A DNA stretch of 64,000 bases, taken from the NCBI GenBank assembly GCA_963747775.1, contig CAVVGT010000002.1:42467-106466 (forward strand). Reading direction: 5' to 3'. Shown here in pieces: positions 1 to 9,092 of the stretch (the stretch's first letter is position 1; every line of letters starts with the position of its first letter). This DNA comes from an uncultured beta proteobacterium (GTDB lineage: Bacteria > Pseudomonadota > Gammaproteobacteria > Burkholderiales > SG8-39). The notes beneath the pieces were generated by a model. It had not been told where the DNA came from. It made no database searches and was given only the letters and a program-made list of their open reading frames with translations. A program made the position numbers and the translations under genes.

Positions 1-1159
1 ACAAGATCGGCGGCCTGGACGCGCTCGGCACGCCCAAGACCGACAGCATGTATCACGCCGGTTGGGCGTGGGCCGGCAACACGCCGTTCCACCACACGAA
101 GCTGGTGGCGTCGCATTTCGGCGGCACGCGCAACCCGATGGTCATCTCGTGGCCGAAGGGCATCAAGCCGGACCGCACGCCGCGGCCACAGTTTCACCAC
201 GTCAACGACATCGCGCCGACCATCTACGAGATCGTCGGCATCAAGCCGCCGAAGGTGGTCGACGGATTCGCGCAGGACCCGATCGACGGCGTGAGCCTCG
301 CCTACACCTTCGACGATGCGAAGGCGCCCACACGCAAGAAGGTGCAGTACTTCGACAACAACGGCAGCCGCGCCATCTACCAGGACGGCTGGGTGGCGGC
401 CACGTTCGGCCCGCTGGTGCCGTGGCTGCCCGGCGCACCCGGCCTCGCCGACTGGGATTCGGCGAAGGACAAGTGGGAGCTGTACCAGATCACCAAGGAT
501 TTCTCGCAGGCCGACGATCTCGCCGCGAAGGAACCGAAGCGCCTGGCGCAGCTGCAGAAGACGTTCGACCAGCAGGCCAGGGCGAACAAGGTCTATCCGC
601 TCGGCGCCGGCATCTGGCTGCGCCTGCACCCCGAGGATCGCATCAAGACGCCCTACACGAGCTGGCAGTTCGACGCGACCACCACGCGCATGCCCGAGTT
701 CACCGCGCCGGGACTCGGCCGCGAGAACAGCACGGTGACCATCGACGCGGAAATCGGCGAGAACGCCTCCGGCGTGCTGTACGCGCTGGGCGGATCGGGC
801 GGCGGCCTCACGCTCTACATGGACAAGGGCGCAGCTGGTCTACGAGTACAACATGATGATCATCGAGCGCTACATCGCGCGCTCGGCGTCGAAGATTGCG
901 CCCGGCAAGCGCCGCATCGAGGTCACGACCACGCTCGCCAGCGCCAAGCCGCTGTCGCCGGCCGAGGTGGTGCTGAAGGTCGACGGGCAGGAAGTGGCGC
1001 GCACGACGGTCAAGCGCACCGTGCCCGCGGCGTTCTCGGCCAGCGAGACCTTCGATGTCGGCGTCGATCTCGGCTCGACCGGTGTCGCTCGACTACTTCG
1101 ACCGCCGGCCGTTCAGGTTCGACGGCAGGATCGATGCCGTCAAAGTGCGGCTCAAGTAA
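1..1159 (+). pseudogene. arylsulfatase, C-terminal ~385 codons (5' end outside window), frame broken twice
   Basis: The 48..2783 frame reads sulfatase-like sequence (WAGNTPFHHTKL...LYMDKG) up to ~830. The continuation QLVYEYNMMIIERY...DLGS is in the 853..1179 frame. The end PVSLDYFDRRPFRFDGRIDAVKVRLK plus TAA 1157-1159 is in the third frame. One extra base near 831 and one near 1078 explain both shifts. Confidence 0.7.
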
Positions 1160-1175
1160 CCGGCATAAAGGCATC

Positions 1176-2658
1176 ATGAATCCGATCCAGCGCCTGCAGT
1201 TCCTGTCCTTGTTCTGCCTCGGCATCCTCGCCGGGGCGCCTGCTGTCGCGGCGGACCGGCCGAACATCGTCGTCATCCTGGCCGACGACCTCGGCAATGC
1301 CGATCTCGGTTATCGTGGAAGCGACATCAGGACCCCGAACATCGACAAGCTGGCGATGGAGGGCGTGCGGCTCGAATCCTTCCACGGCATGCCGGTCTGC
1401 ACCCCGGCGCGCGCGGCGTTGATGACGGGCCGATACCCGATGCGCTACGGGCTGCAGACCCTGGTGATCTTCCCGAACCACAGCTACGGCCTGCCGACCG
1501 ACGAACGGACGCTGCCGCAGGCGCTGAAGGAAGCGGGTTATCGGACCTTGATGGTCGGCAAGTGGCACCTGGGTCACGCCGACCGAAAGTTCTGGCCGCA
1601 ACAACCGCGGGTTCGAGCATTTCTATGGCAACACGGTCGGCGAAGTCGACTACTTCACCCATCATCGCGCCGGCGTGACCGATTGGCAGCGCAATGGCAC
1701 ATTCATCGCCGAGAAGGGTTACGTCACCACGCTGTTCGGCGACGAGGCCGTCAGGTTGATCGAGAAGCAGGACAAGAACAAACCGTTCTTCCTGTACTTC
1801 GCGTCGCTCGCGCCGCACGCCCCCTACCAGGCGCCGAAGGCCGACCAGGACCGCTACGCGTCCACGATCAAGGATCCGACGCGCCGCACCTACGCGGCGA
1901 TGATCACGTCGCTCGACGACCAGGTAGGCAGAATCGTCGCCGCGCTGGACAAGCGCGGATTGCGCGAGAACACGCTGATCATCTTCTCCAGCGACAACGG
2001 CGGGCCCCGCAGCGCGGTCGTGGCGAGCGGCGCGCACTCGAAGGAGGAGCGCGACGCGGGCGGCGTCAGGCAGGAGTCGTTGCCGGCGAGCAACGGCGAG
2101 CTCCGCGGCGGCAAGGGCAGTCTGTACGAAGGCGGCGTCCGCGTGCCGACCCTCTTCAACTGGCCCGCCCGGCTCAAGCCGCGCGTCGTCGACGAGCCGC
2201 TGCACATGACGGACATCATGCCCACCGCGCTTGCGCTGTCCGGTGCCAAGGCGAACCCCGCCGACAAGCCGCTGGACGGAGTGGACATCTGGGCGACGGT
2301 GGCCGAGGGCAAGCCCTCGCCTCACGACGACATCCTCATCAACGTCGAGGCGTTCCGCGGCGCGGTCATCAAGGGCAAGTGGAAGCTGGTGAAGGTCGCG
2401 CTGTTGCCGGGAAAGACCGAGCTCTTCGACCTCGCCGCCGATCCGGGCGAGAAGAACGATCTCGCCACGCAGAACCCGGAAATCGTCCGCGATCTCGAGG
2501 GCCGCCTCTTCGCGTACGCCAAGCAGCAAAAGCCGAGCGAGTGGCTGAAGGCGCAGCCGGACTACCTCGGCGCGCAGGGGAAGACCCTGTTCGATCCGGA
2601 CTTCGACATCGACGACGCGGGATTGCCGCATCTGAAGCCGGTCCTGCCCAAGAAGTGA
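1176..2658 (+). pseudogene. Cys-type sulfatase with signal peptide, one +1 frameshift
   Basis: ATG at 1176. The N-terminal part (MNPIQRLQFL...ADRPNIVVILADDLGNADLGY...VCTPARAALMTGRYP...KWHLGHADRKFWPQ) is in the 48..2783 frame. The continuation NRGFEHFYGN...VTDWQRNG... to the stop at 2658 is in the ORF 1675..2658 frame. There is an extra base near 1602 (ccgcaa-c-aaccgc). Confidence 0.75.
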
Positions 2659-2824
2659 GCCGCCGCCGTGGTGCGGGTGAGATGGGGTCCGCCCCTGTGT
2701 GCGAGCCGTGCCGCCACGCGCGCGCCAACCAGCGATCCCCCTACGGAGTTGTGGCGTCGCGTATAGATGCCCGCGGCGATTGAGCCTAGCATTGCGCTGC
2801 TGCACGATTCCCCACGCTCACCCG

Positions 2825-4012
2825 ATGACGACTCACGACCCCACCCTTCCCGGCGACGGTCTCTCGCTCGTCCGCGACGACCTCCTGTACCGGATCCAGC
2901 GCCGCTTCGGGCTCATTCCTGCCGAGGGGCTCGGCCTCGTCCGGCGCGCGGTGTTCTGGTCGCTTTTCGCGTGGGCTCCGATCGCCCTGTGGGCGTGGTT
3001 CGCCGGTCGCGCGGTGGGCGGAGAGGGCCACGAGCCGCTGCTCGCCCATTTCGGCGTGCACGTGCGCTTTCTCGTCGCGGTGCCGCTGCTGATCCTCGCC
3101 GAGGGGCTGCTGCACTCGCTGACCACCCTATTGCTCCCCCAGTTCGTGCGCTCGGGGCTGGTCCCCGAAGCTGCGCTGCCCCGTTTTCGCGCAACGCTGG
3201 CGGGTATCGCGCGGCTGCGCAATGCGACGTTGCCATGGATTGCGATCGTCGCCCTCGCCCTGGCCATGGCGACGATCCCCGAGATGGCCAATCGGGCGCA
3301 CGAGCTCGACTGGGCGGAGGAGACCGGCGGCGCCTCGCCGCACCTGGGATTCGGCGGGTGGTGGCTGCTGTACGTCGGCCGACCGATCTATCTCGTGCTG
3401 GTGCTGGGCTGGCTCTGGCGCGTCGTGCTGCTCGCGCTGCTCTTCGCCCGCATCGCGGGGCTCGGCCTGTCGATCGTGCCCACCCACCCCGACCGCCTCG
3501 GCGGCCTGGGGTTCGTCGAACGCATCCCGGTGGCGTTCGCACCGGTCGTTCTTGCGATCGGCGCGGTGCTCGCGGCCCGGTGGACGCACGACGTCGTCTA
3601 CCACGCCGCCGATCCGCTGTCGCTGCGCGTCGAGATGGCCGCGTTCGTGGTCGTGGTGGTCGCGATCTTCGTCGCGCCTTCGCTCGCGCTCTCGGGCTGC
3701 CTGCGGCGCGCGAAGAAGCGGGCGCTGCTCGAGTACGGCGCGCTCGTCGCCGAGCACGGGCGCCTCGTGCGCGATCGCTGGATCGAGGGCAAGCCGCTCG
3801 CCGACGACGCGCTCCTCCGCGCGCCGGAGATCGGCCCGGTCGCCGACACGCAGGCGGTCTACGACGCGGTCAAGCGGATGCGCACGGTGCCGCTCGGCAA
3901 GGTCTCGATCGCGCCGCTCGTGCTTGCCGCCGCGGCGCCGATGATCGCCGTGCTCGCGACGAAGGTGCCGGTGAAGAGCCTGCTGCTGGGTATTCTGAAG
4001 GCGCTGATCTAG
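2825..4012 (+). CDS. polytopic membrane protein, unknown function
   Basis: Part of ORF 2699..4012, with an internal ATG at 2825 (MTTHDPTLPG...). It has several long hydrophobic segments (WSLFAWAPIALWAWFAG, FLVAVPLLILAEGLL, LPWIAIVALALAMA, WWLLYVGRPIYLVLVLGWLWRVVLLALLFA). Third codon positions are GC-rich. Confidence 0.6.
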   Translation: MTTHDPTLPGDGLSLVRDDLLYRIQRRFGLIPAEGLGLVRRAVFWSLFAWAPIALWAWFAGRAVGGEGHEPLLAHFGVHVRFLVAVPLLILAEGLLHSLTTLLLPQFVRSGLVPEAALPRFRATLAGIARLRNATLPWIAIVALALAMATIPEMANRAHELDWAEETGGASPHLGFGGWWLLYVGRPIYLVLVLGWLWRVVLLALLFARIAGLGLSIVPTHPDRLGGLGFVERIPVAFAPVVLAIGAVLAARWTHDVVYHAADPLSLRVEMAAFVVVVVAIFVAPSLALSGCLRRAKKRALLEYGALVAEHGRLVRDRWIEGKPLADDALLRAPEIGPVADTQAVYDAVKRMRTVPLGKVSIAPLVLAAAAPMIAVLATKVPVKSLLLGILKALI

Positions 4013-4089
4013 ACCGTGCGCACGCAGGCCGACGGCAGCGTGCGCGAGCAGTTCGACGCCACGGGCGCCACCGCGCAGCGCCCGCGACG

Positions 4090-4281
4090 TCAGCCGTTTG
4101 CGTCGCCCCGCGCGGGATTGCGAAAGTGCCGCAGGAGAAACTCCTCGTCGAGCGGAGAGAGGTTGAAGCGGCGGCTCGCCTCCTCGATCGTCCGCAGATC
4201 GCGCGCCGGCTGCTCGGCCAGCCAGGCCACGGCGCGGCGCAGCCCTTCGCCTTCAGGCAGGAGGGAGTCGGCCTTCTTCAT
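4090..4281 (-). CDS. small hypothetical protein (63 aa)
   Basis: Internal ATG at 4281 of ORF 4090..4629(-). The protein MKKADSLLPEGEGLRRAVAWLAEQPARDLRTIEEASRRFNLSPLDEEFLLRHF has a natural-looking composition. It overlaps the end of the upstream gene by 29 nt. Confidence 0.45.
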   Translation of the reverse strand: MKKADSLLPEGEGLRRAVAWLAEQPARDLRTIEEASRRFNLSPLDEEFLLRHFRNPARGDANG

Positions 4282-5215
4282 CGTCGGGCCCGGCCCGCGC
4301 CGCACCGGGAAGAAGCGCCGTGCACGCGCTGCGGAACCGGTCGCAGCGTTCGGTGAACTCGCGCGTGCTCTTGGGCATGGACACCCGGGCGCGCGTGACG
4401 TGGGTGATGAGGTCCTTGCCCTCGCGGATGAGCTGCAGGGCGTCGGACACCTCCCGCTTCGCCCGCGTCGACGCGTCGGCGGCGAGCCGCGGAGCGAAGT
4501 CGGCGAGGCGCTCGGCGGCGGCGACGAACGTCGTCCAGACCTCGAAGATGTCCGGATCGGTGCGGAGCGTCTCGGTCTCGACCTTGGCCGCTTCCGCGAG
4601 ATTGCCGACGCTCGTCTCGATCCCGGCAAACGCAGGCAGGTCCGCGAAGGTTCTGATCAGCGCGTCGGCGATGGCGTCGATGTCGCGCATCGTCTCCGCG
4701 ATCTTGACGTAGCGGCCTTCGTAGAAGCTCTCGAGCGGCAGCAGGAACGCCTTGAAAGGCTCCCCCCACAGCTCGTCGATGCCTTCTTCGCCGCTCCGGT
4801 GCCGCACCAGCTTGCCGAGCTCCAGCGCTTCCTTCAGGTGTTCGCCGCACGCCCGCATGAGCGGGTTGTCGGACTGGATCTCGATGCCGAGCTTCTGGAT
4901 TTCCACCAGCTGGGTGAACACGCCCGTGGCCCGGTTGAACAGTGCGCCGGCCAGCATGGCGCCCTTGATCCGGCGCCGCGCGGGATCGGTTTCCTGCTCA
5001 TAGGCGCGACGCGCCGCGTCGAGGCGCGTGCCGGGCACGTTCAAGCCGTGCTCGGTGTGGTTGAACAGCCGGCGCGTGAGCGCGGCGATCAGGTCTTTCT
5101 TGGCTTCCAGCGTGTCGGCGGGGACCGGGTAGGTCTTGACCCAGTATCCGTAGTAGTAGACGCGCGGCTGGCCGTCGATCACGCGCCTTGCGCCGAGCGG
5201 GATGGGGGCGTCCAT
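4253..5215 (-). CDS. hypothetical protein (320 aa, predicted mostly helical)
   Basis: ORF 4253..5305(-), starting at the ATG at 5215 (MDAPIPLGARRVIDGQPRVYYYGYW...). A ggagagga RBS lies ~10 nt upstream. Composition is protein-like throughout. I do not recognise a family. Confidence 0.6.
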   Translation of the reverse strand: MDAPIPLGARRVIDGQPRVYYYGYWVKTYPVPADTLEAKKDLIAALTRRLFNHTEHGLNVPGTRLDAARRAYEQETDPARRRIKGAMLAGALFNRATGVFTQLVEIQKLGIEIQSDNPLMRACGEHLKEALELGKLVRHRSGEEGIDELWGEPFKAFLLPLESFYEGRYVKIAETMRDIDAIADALIRTFADLPAFAGIETSVGNLAEAAKVETETLRTDPDIFEVWTTFVAAAERLADFAPRLAADASTRAKREVSDALQLIREGKDLITHVTRARVSMPKSTREFTERCDRFRSACTALLPGAARAGPDDEEGRLPPA

Positions 5216-5347
5216 GGTGCAGGCCGTCCTCTCCGGGGTGGAGATGGGATCGAACCGAACGGGGTTCGAAATGGCAAGGCTAACGCCGATGCTTTTGCGG
5301 CGCAACGTGCGCTACCCGTGCCTCGCCGCCCCCCGCGCACGATCTTT

Positions 5348-5626
5348 CTAGAAACCGTGCAACCCGGCGCCCCGCAGCAGCAGCGCGCACTCCGGTTCCG
5401 TCTCGTGCAGCTCGACCAGCGCCCACTCGATTCCGATCCCGTCGCGCGCGCGGCCATGGAGCTGCAGGCGCGCCTCGAGCTTCTCGAGGCACTTCTGCAC
5501 TTCGGGCGTGCACGCACGCGGGAAGCTCCGGCCCCAGGGCTCGGTCGCCCAGGTGCCGCCGAGTCCCGGCGACGTGGCGAAAAGCAACGTCGCGACAAGC
5601 GCTGCGGGGATTCGGGTGAGGCTCAT
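5348..5626 (-). CDS. small secreted Cys-containing protein (92 aa)
   Basis: ORF 5348..5626(-). It has an N-terminal signal-peptide-like segment (MSLTRIPAALVATLLFATSPGLGG) and 4 Cys in the mature part. Confidence 0.5.
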   Translation of the reverse strand: MSLTRIPAALVATLLFATSPGLGGTWATEPWGRSFPRACTPEVQKCLEKLEARLQLHGRARDGIGIEWALVELHETEPECALLLRGAGLHGF

Positions 5627-5866
5627 GGCGGCACATTACGCTCGCGCTGCCGCGCGGTCTGTGAACCGGAGCACCGACCGGATGTGACTTCTTTACGTTC
5701 GCCCGGTGCCGTGGACGTCCGGTCCCGGGCGATTCAGCCGGAATCTCGAAGCCGCAGGATGTCGTTGGTCGTGACCGGGCGCTGGACGCCTTCGAGCGCG
5801 AGTTTGCCCGTCTCCGATGGCACGAACGCTGGGCTATGATGGGCGCCCATCCGGGCCACGCTGCGC

Positions 5867-6526
5867 ATGCTTTCCATCACCGAGTCGCTGAAGGCGGTTT
5901 CGCTCTTCTCCGGGCTCTCGCCGCAGGAGATCGCCGCGCTTGCCGACGCGGCGATCGTGCGCACGTTCCCGAAGAACACCATCGTGGTGACGGAGGGGGA
6001 ACGCAGCGATTCGCTCTACGTGATTCTCTCCGGTCGCGTGAAGGTGTTCGTCAGCGACGAGCACGGGAAAGACCTCGTCATCAATGTCGAGGGCCCCGGC
6101 GAATATTTCGGTGAGCTCGCCCTCGACGAGGGTCCGCGCTCGGCGTCGGTGGCGACCCTGGAGCCGTCCAAGATGGCGGTGATCGCGAACGACGTGCTCC
6201 GGGGCTTTCTCGCCAGCCACCCCGAGGCGGCCCTGCAGCTCATCCGGGGCCTGATCGCCCGCACGCGTCACGCGACCGAAAGCCTCAAGGACCTCGCGCT
6301 GCTCGACGTGTACGGACGGGTGGCCAAATTCCTCCTCGAGCGGGCGAAGGAGTCCGGCGGTAGGCTGGCCATCGACGAGCGGCTCACGCAACAGGACATT
6401 GCCGATCGCGTGAGCGCGTCCCGCGAGATGGTGAGCCGCATCCTCAAGGACCTGACCACCGGGGGCTACATCGCCAACGAGGGCGGGAAGATCGTCATTC
6501 AGCGCCGGCCGCCCCGCGCCTGGTAG
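5867..6526 (+). CDS. Crp/Fnr-family transcriptional regulator (cNMP-binding domain + C-terminal HTH)
   Basis: ORF 5867..6526. The cNMP-binding beta-barrel motif is present (GEYFGELALDEGPRSASV), as is the HTH (TQQDIADRVSASREMVSRILKDL). Confidence 0.9.
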   Translation: MLSITESLKAVSLFSGLSPQEIAALADAAIVRTFPKNTIVVTEGERSDSLYVILSGRVKVFVSDEHGKDLVINVEGPGEYFGELALDEGPRSASVATLEPSKMAVIANDVLRGFLASHPEAALQLIRGLIARTRHATESLKDLALLDVYGRVAKFLLERAKESGGRLAIDERLTQQDIADRVSASREMVSRILKDLTTGGYIANEGGKIVIQRRPPRAW

Positions 6527-6561
6527 CGGGGTGGTCGCGCCTTCCCGCGCACCAAAGAAAA

Positions 6562-6581
6562 AGCCCGGCCGCAGCCGGGCT
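6562..6581. terminator. bidirectional stem-loop between convergent genes
   Basis: agcccggc-cgca-gccgggct forms an 8-bp GC stem. It is flanked by aaaaa upstream and ttcttc downstream. It lies between the Crp stop (6526) and the stop of the minus-strand gene at 6603. Confidence 0.6.
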
Positions 6582-6602
6582 TCTTCGTCGTGCGGTCGTA
6601 CG

Positions 6603-6809
6603 TTACTGGGGCGAGACGCCGCCGGTGCCGCGCGCGTAGAACGCGTCGGCGTCGTTGAGCGCCGGGGTACCCGCATCGCGCACGAAGTGGGTGATCTCGA
6701 CGCCCTCGATCCGGCTGGGCATGAGTTCGAGACCGTCTTCGCTGGCGGTGGCGAGCGGCGCGGCGATGGCAAACCCGATGGCGGACAGCAGAACGGCAAC
6801 TTTCTTCAT
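6603..6809 (-). CDS. small secreted protein (68 aa)
   Basis: ORF 6603..6809(-). It has a signal peptide (MKKVAVLLSAIGFAIAAPLATA) and an aaggag RBS upstream. Confidence 0.5.
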   Translation of the reverse strand: MKKVAVLLSAIGFAIAAPLATASEDGLELMPSRIEGVEITHFVRDAGTPALNDADAFYARGTGGVSPQ

Positions 6810-7096
6810 GGTCGTACTCCTTCTCTCCTGGTGGGTGGATCAGCGGTCCTTCAGTCCGGAACCGTTTCCAGCGAAGCGCTGATGGAGCACATCGTCGCGC
6901 TTTCCGCGGGGAGAATCCGTGAACGGCGACGGTCCGATCTTGTGAACCCTGCACATTCGTCGGCCAAATGGATTAGGCCGCCCCCCGGGACGGCGGAGCC
7001 GTGTGCGCGAATCCGCGGTGGCCTCTCGCCGCTGGAAGGTCCGGACCCGCGACGAGGGTGCGCCGCCTTCCGCGCCGGGATGGAGTTCACACGAAC

Positions 7097-7117
7097 GCTG
7101 ATCTAAGATGGATCAGC
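7097..7117. promoter_or_regulatory. perfect 7-7-7 inverted repeat (candidate operator)
   Basis: The sequence gctgatc-taagatg-gatcagc ends 44 nt upstream of the cyclase-fusion ATG at 7161. Confidence 0.35.
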
Positions 7118-7160
7118 CTCCATACAGGCCGAGGTCCGCGCCTCGACACCAGGCTGGCCT

Positions 7161-8495
7161 ATGAAGCCTGAAACCCGATACGCCCGAAGCGGCGACGTTC
7201 ACATCGCCTACCAGGTCGTCGGCGAAGGCCCGCTCGATCTCGTTTTCGTGCCGGGGTTCGTGTCGAACGTGGAGGCCGCGTGGGAGTCGCCGGCGCGCAC
7301 GCGATTCTTTCGCCGCCTCGCCTCGTTCTCCCGGCTCATCCTCTTCGACAAGCGCGGCACCGGCCTCTCGGACCGGACCTCCCAGATCTTCACGCTCGAA
7401 CAGCGGATGGACGACGTGCGCGCCGTCATGGACGCGGCGGGATCGGAGCGGGCCGCGCTGTTCGGCATCTCCGAAGGGGGCCCGATGTCGGTGCTCTTCG
7501 CCGCGACGTATCCGGAGCGGACCACGGCGTTCGCCATGTACGGCTCCTACGCCAGGCGGTCGTGGGGGCCGGATCACCCCTTCGGATGGCGCGACGAGGA
7601 GTGGTCCGCTGTATTCGCCAACATCGAACGGCATTGGGGCACCCCCAAGGGAATCGACACGACGCTCTGGGCGCCCAGCATCGCGCACGACCGGGCCCTG
7701 ACGGAAAGCTGGGCGGCGTACTTGCGCGCGGCGGCCAGCCCCGGCGCCGCGCTCGCCGTGATGCGCATGAACCGCGAGATCGACGTCCGGCACGTGCTGC
7801 CGATCCTCCGGGTCCCGACATTGATCGTGCACCGGTCCGACGAGCGATGGATCAGCGTCGAGAATGGCCGCGACATGGCCCAGCGCATCCGGGATGCGAA
7901 GTTTGTGGAGGTCCCGGGCGTGGATCACGTTCCGTGGATCGGCGACGCCGACGCGATCCTCGACGAGGTCGAGGAATTCCTGACCGGCGTCCGCCGCGGC
8001 CCCGAGCCCGACCGCGTGCTGTCGACAATCCTGTTCGCGGACATCGTCGGATCCACCGAGCGGGCCGCGGCGCTGGGCGACCGGAACTGGCGGGACCTGC
8101 TTGAGCGCTACTACGCGCTCATACGCCGGGAGCTTGGCCGTTTTCGCGGCCTTGAGATCGACACGGCCGGGGATGGATTCCTGGCGATGTTCGACGGACC
8201 GGCGCGTGCCGTGTGCTGCGCACACGCAATCACCCACGGTGCGGAGCCTCTCGGGCTCCGCGTTCGCGCGGGCCTGCACACCGGCGAGGTCGAAACGGCG
8301 GGCGAGAAGCCGGGGGGAATCGCCGTGCACATCGGGGCGCGGGTGGCGACGCAGGCCGCCGCCGGCGAAGTGCTCGTCTCGAGAACGGTCAAGGATCTCG
8401 TCTCCGGCTCGGGAATCCGGTTCGAGGACCGCGGCGTGCACACGCTCAAGGGCGTTCCCGGCGAGTGGCGCCTGTTTCTCGCCGCGGGCGTCTGA
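7161..8495 (+). CDS. alpha/beta-hydrolase fused to class III adenylate/guanylate cyclase domain
   Basis: ORF 7161..8495. The N-terminal half has a hydrolase nucleophile elbow (GISEGG). The C-terminal half has cyclase motifs (ILFADIVGSTERAAALGD, EIDTAGDGFLAMF, GLHTGEVE, GIAVHIGARV). Confidence 0.9.
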   Translation: MKPETRYARSGDVHIAYQVVGEGPLDLVFVPGFVSNVEAAWESPARTRFFRRLASFSRLILFDKRGTGLSDRTSQIFTLEQRMDDVRAVMDAAGSERAALFGISEGGPMSVLFAATYPERTTAFAMYGSYARRSWGPDHPFGWRDEEWSAVFANIERHWGTPKGIDTTLWAPSIAHDRALTESWAAYLRAAASPGAALAVMRMNREIDVRHVLPILRVPTLIVHRSDERWISVENGRDMAQRIRDAKFVEVPGVDHVPWIGDADAILDEVEEFLTGVRRGPEPDRVLSTILFADIVGSTERAAALGDRNWRDLLERYYALIRRELGRFRGLEIDTAGDGFLAMFDGPARAVCCAHAITHGAEPLGLRVRAGLHTGEVETAGEKPGGIAVHIGARVATQAAAGEVLVSRTVKDLVSGSGIRFEDRGVHTLKGVPGEWRLFLAAGV

Positions 8496-8578
8496 GCGCC
8501 ACGCGCCCCCGGCGTGCCTAGCGGCGGAGCCCGATTCCCCTCCGCGAGGCCATTCGCTGTCGGTCGAGTGGCGCCGCG

Positions 8579-8851
8579 CTAGTGGCGTGTCGTGATTGCG
8601 TAATCGCCGGGCGCGAGCGCGCCGGCGCGACAAAGCCGGTTGAGGAGCTGGTAGACGGCGATGAACTTCGACGCGCCCCCGAGCCACGCGTCGAATCCGC
8701 GGTCGAGGAACGGGTCGGGGCCGCCGTGGACGAAGGCCACGACCGAGCGGCCCGACTTCAGACCGAGGTCGGATGCGGCCGAAAAAAGGCGCTTCGCAGG
8801 GAATGTTTCCTGCACCAGGCGCTCAAGCTCGCGTGCTTCGAGGACGTTCAT
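8579..8851 (-). CDS. conserved hypothetical protein (90 aa), paralogue of 21571..21846
   Basis: ORF 8579..8851(-). It aligns colinearly with the 21571 product (RELERLV..FPAK..FSA..DLGL...AFVHGGPDP.LDR..DAWL.G...F...Y.LLNRLCRAGAL.PG.YA). Confidence 0.7.
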   Translation of the reverse strand: MNVLEARELERLVQETFPAKRLFSAASDLGLKSGRSVVAFVHGGPDPFLDRGFDAWLGGASKFIAVYQLLNRLCRAGALAPGDYAITTRH

Positions 8852-9092
8852 CCCCGATCTCCTTCATCGCCGCGCAGTTTCGGGCGCGGCCTCCGGTTGA
8901 GTTTGGCTGCGTGCGCGGAGCGGCGAATCCCGTCGATCGCGCGCAGGAACAGAATAGGCGCGCGGGCCAGGCCGGCTCTGCGAACCAATCCGGACGCGCG
9001 GAGTGAGAAATTCACACCAGCCAATGGCGAACGCCGGACGGCTGCACGCAGCTTTCCGGCGACCCGAGGCGCGTTGCGCCGCGGGGTCGTGC

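Noticed and set aside
48-2783. Very long ORFs in the track. Examples are 48..2783, 9474..11000(-), 31970..33964, 37264..39294(-), 49721..52345 and 56090..57532. Also long antisense ORFs such as 1327..2805(-), 18369..20012(-), 22546..24333(-), 28397..30649(-) and 39947..42037(-).
   Set aside because: They run through several real genes or lie antisense to them. Their translations are Arg/Ala/Pro/Gly-rich low-complexity strings typical of stop-codon scarcity in ~70% GC DNA. Only the segments with family-like sequence were kept as features.
4253-4281. The 29-nt overlap between the 320-aa and 63-aa minus-strand ORFs, considered as another frameshift splitting one gene.
   Set aside because: The downstream ORF has its own ATG and a natural N-terminus (MKKADSLL). 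The upstream ORF ends in a plausible low-complexity tail. I have no family template that would show continuity.
5234-5255. The string ggggtggagatgggatcgaacc. On the minus strand it reads GGTTCGATCCCATCTCCACCCC and looks like a tRNA T-loop plus acceptor 3' end, which could be an att-site remnant of an integrative element.
   Set aside because: I could not fold a cloverleaf. The 5' half of the T stem does not pair, no matching 5' acceptor strand lies upstream, and there is no CCA. No integrase or second copy was seen in the window. A 20-nt resemblance alone is not enough. tRNAscan-SE or Aragorn on 5200-5350 would settle it.
6810-7096. A 290-nt non-coding stretch upstream of the small secreted gene 6603..6809(-), examined for a riboswitch or leader RNA.
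   Set aside because: I recognised no known riboswitch core (no B12 box, and no SAM, TPP or c-di-GMP signatures). An Rfam/Infernal scan would be the decisive test.
9003-9016. The CRP-like sequence gtgagaaattcaca, about 150 nt upstream of the 8579..8851(-) gene.
   Set aside because: The spacer is 5 nt instead of 6, and one half-site departs from TGTGA. A single near-match in 64 kb is expected by chance.
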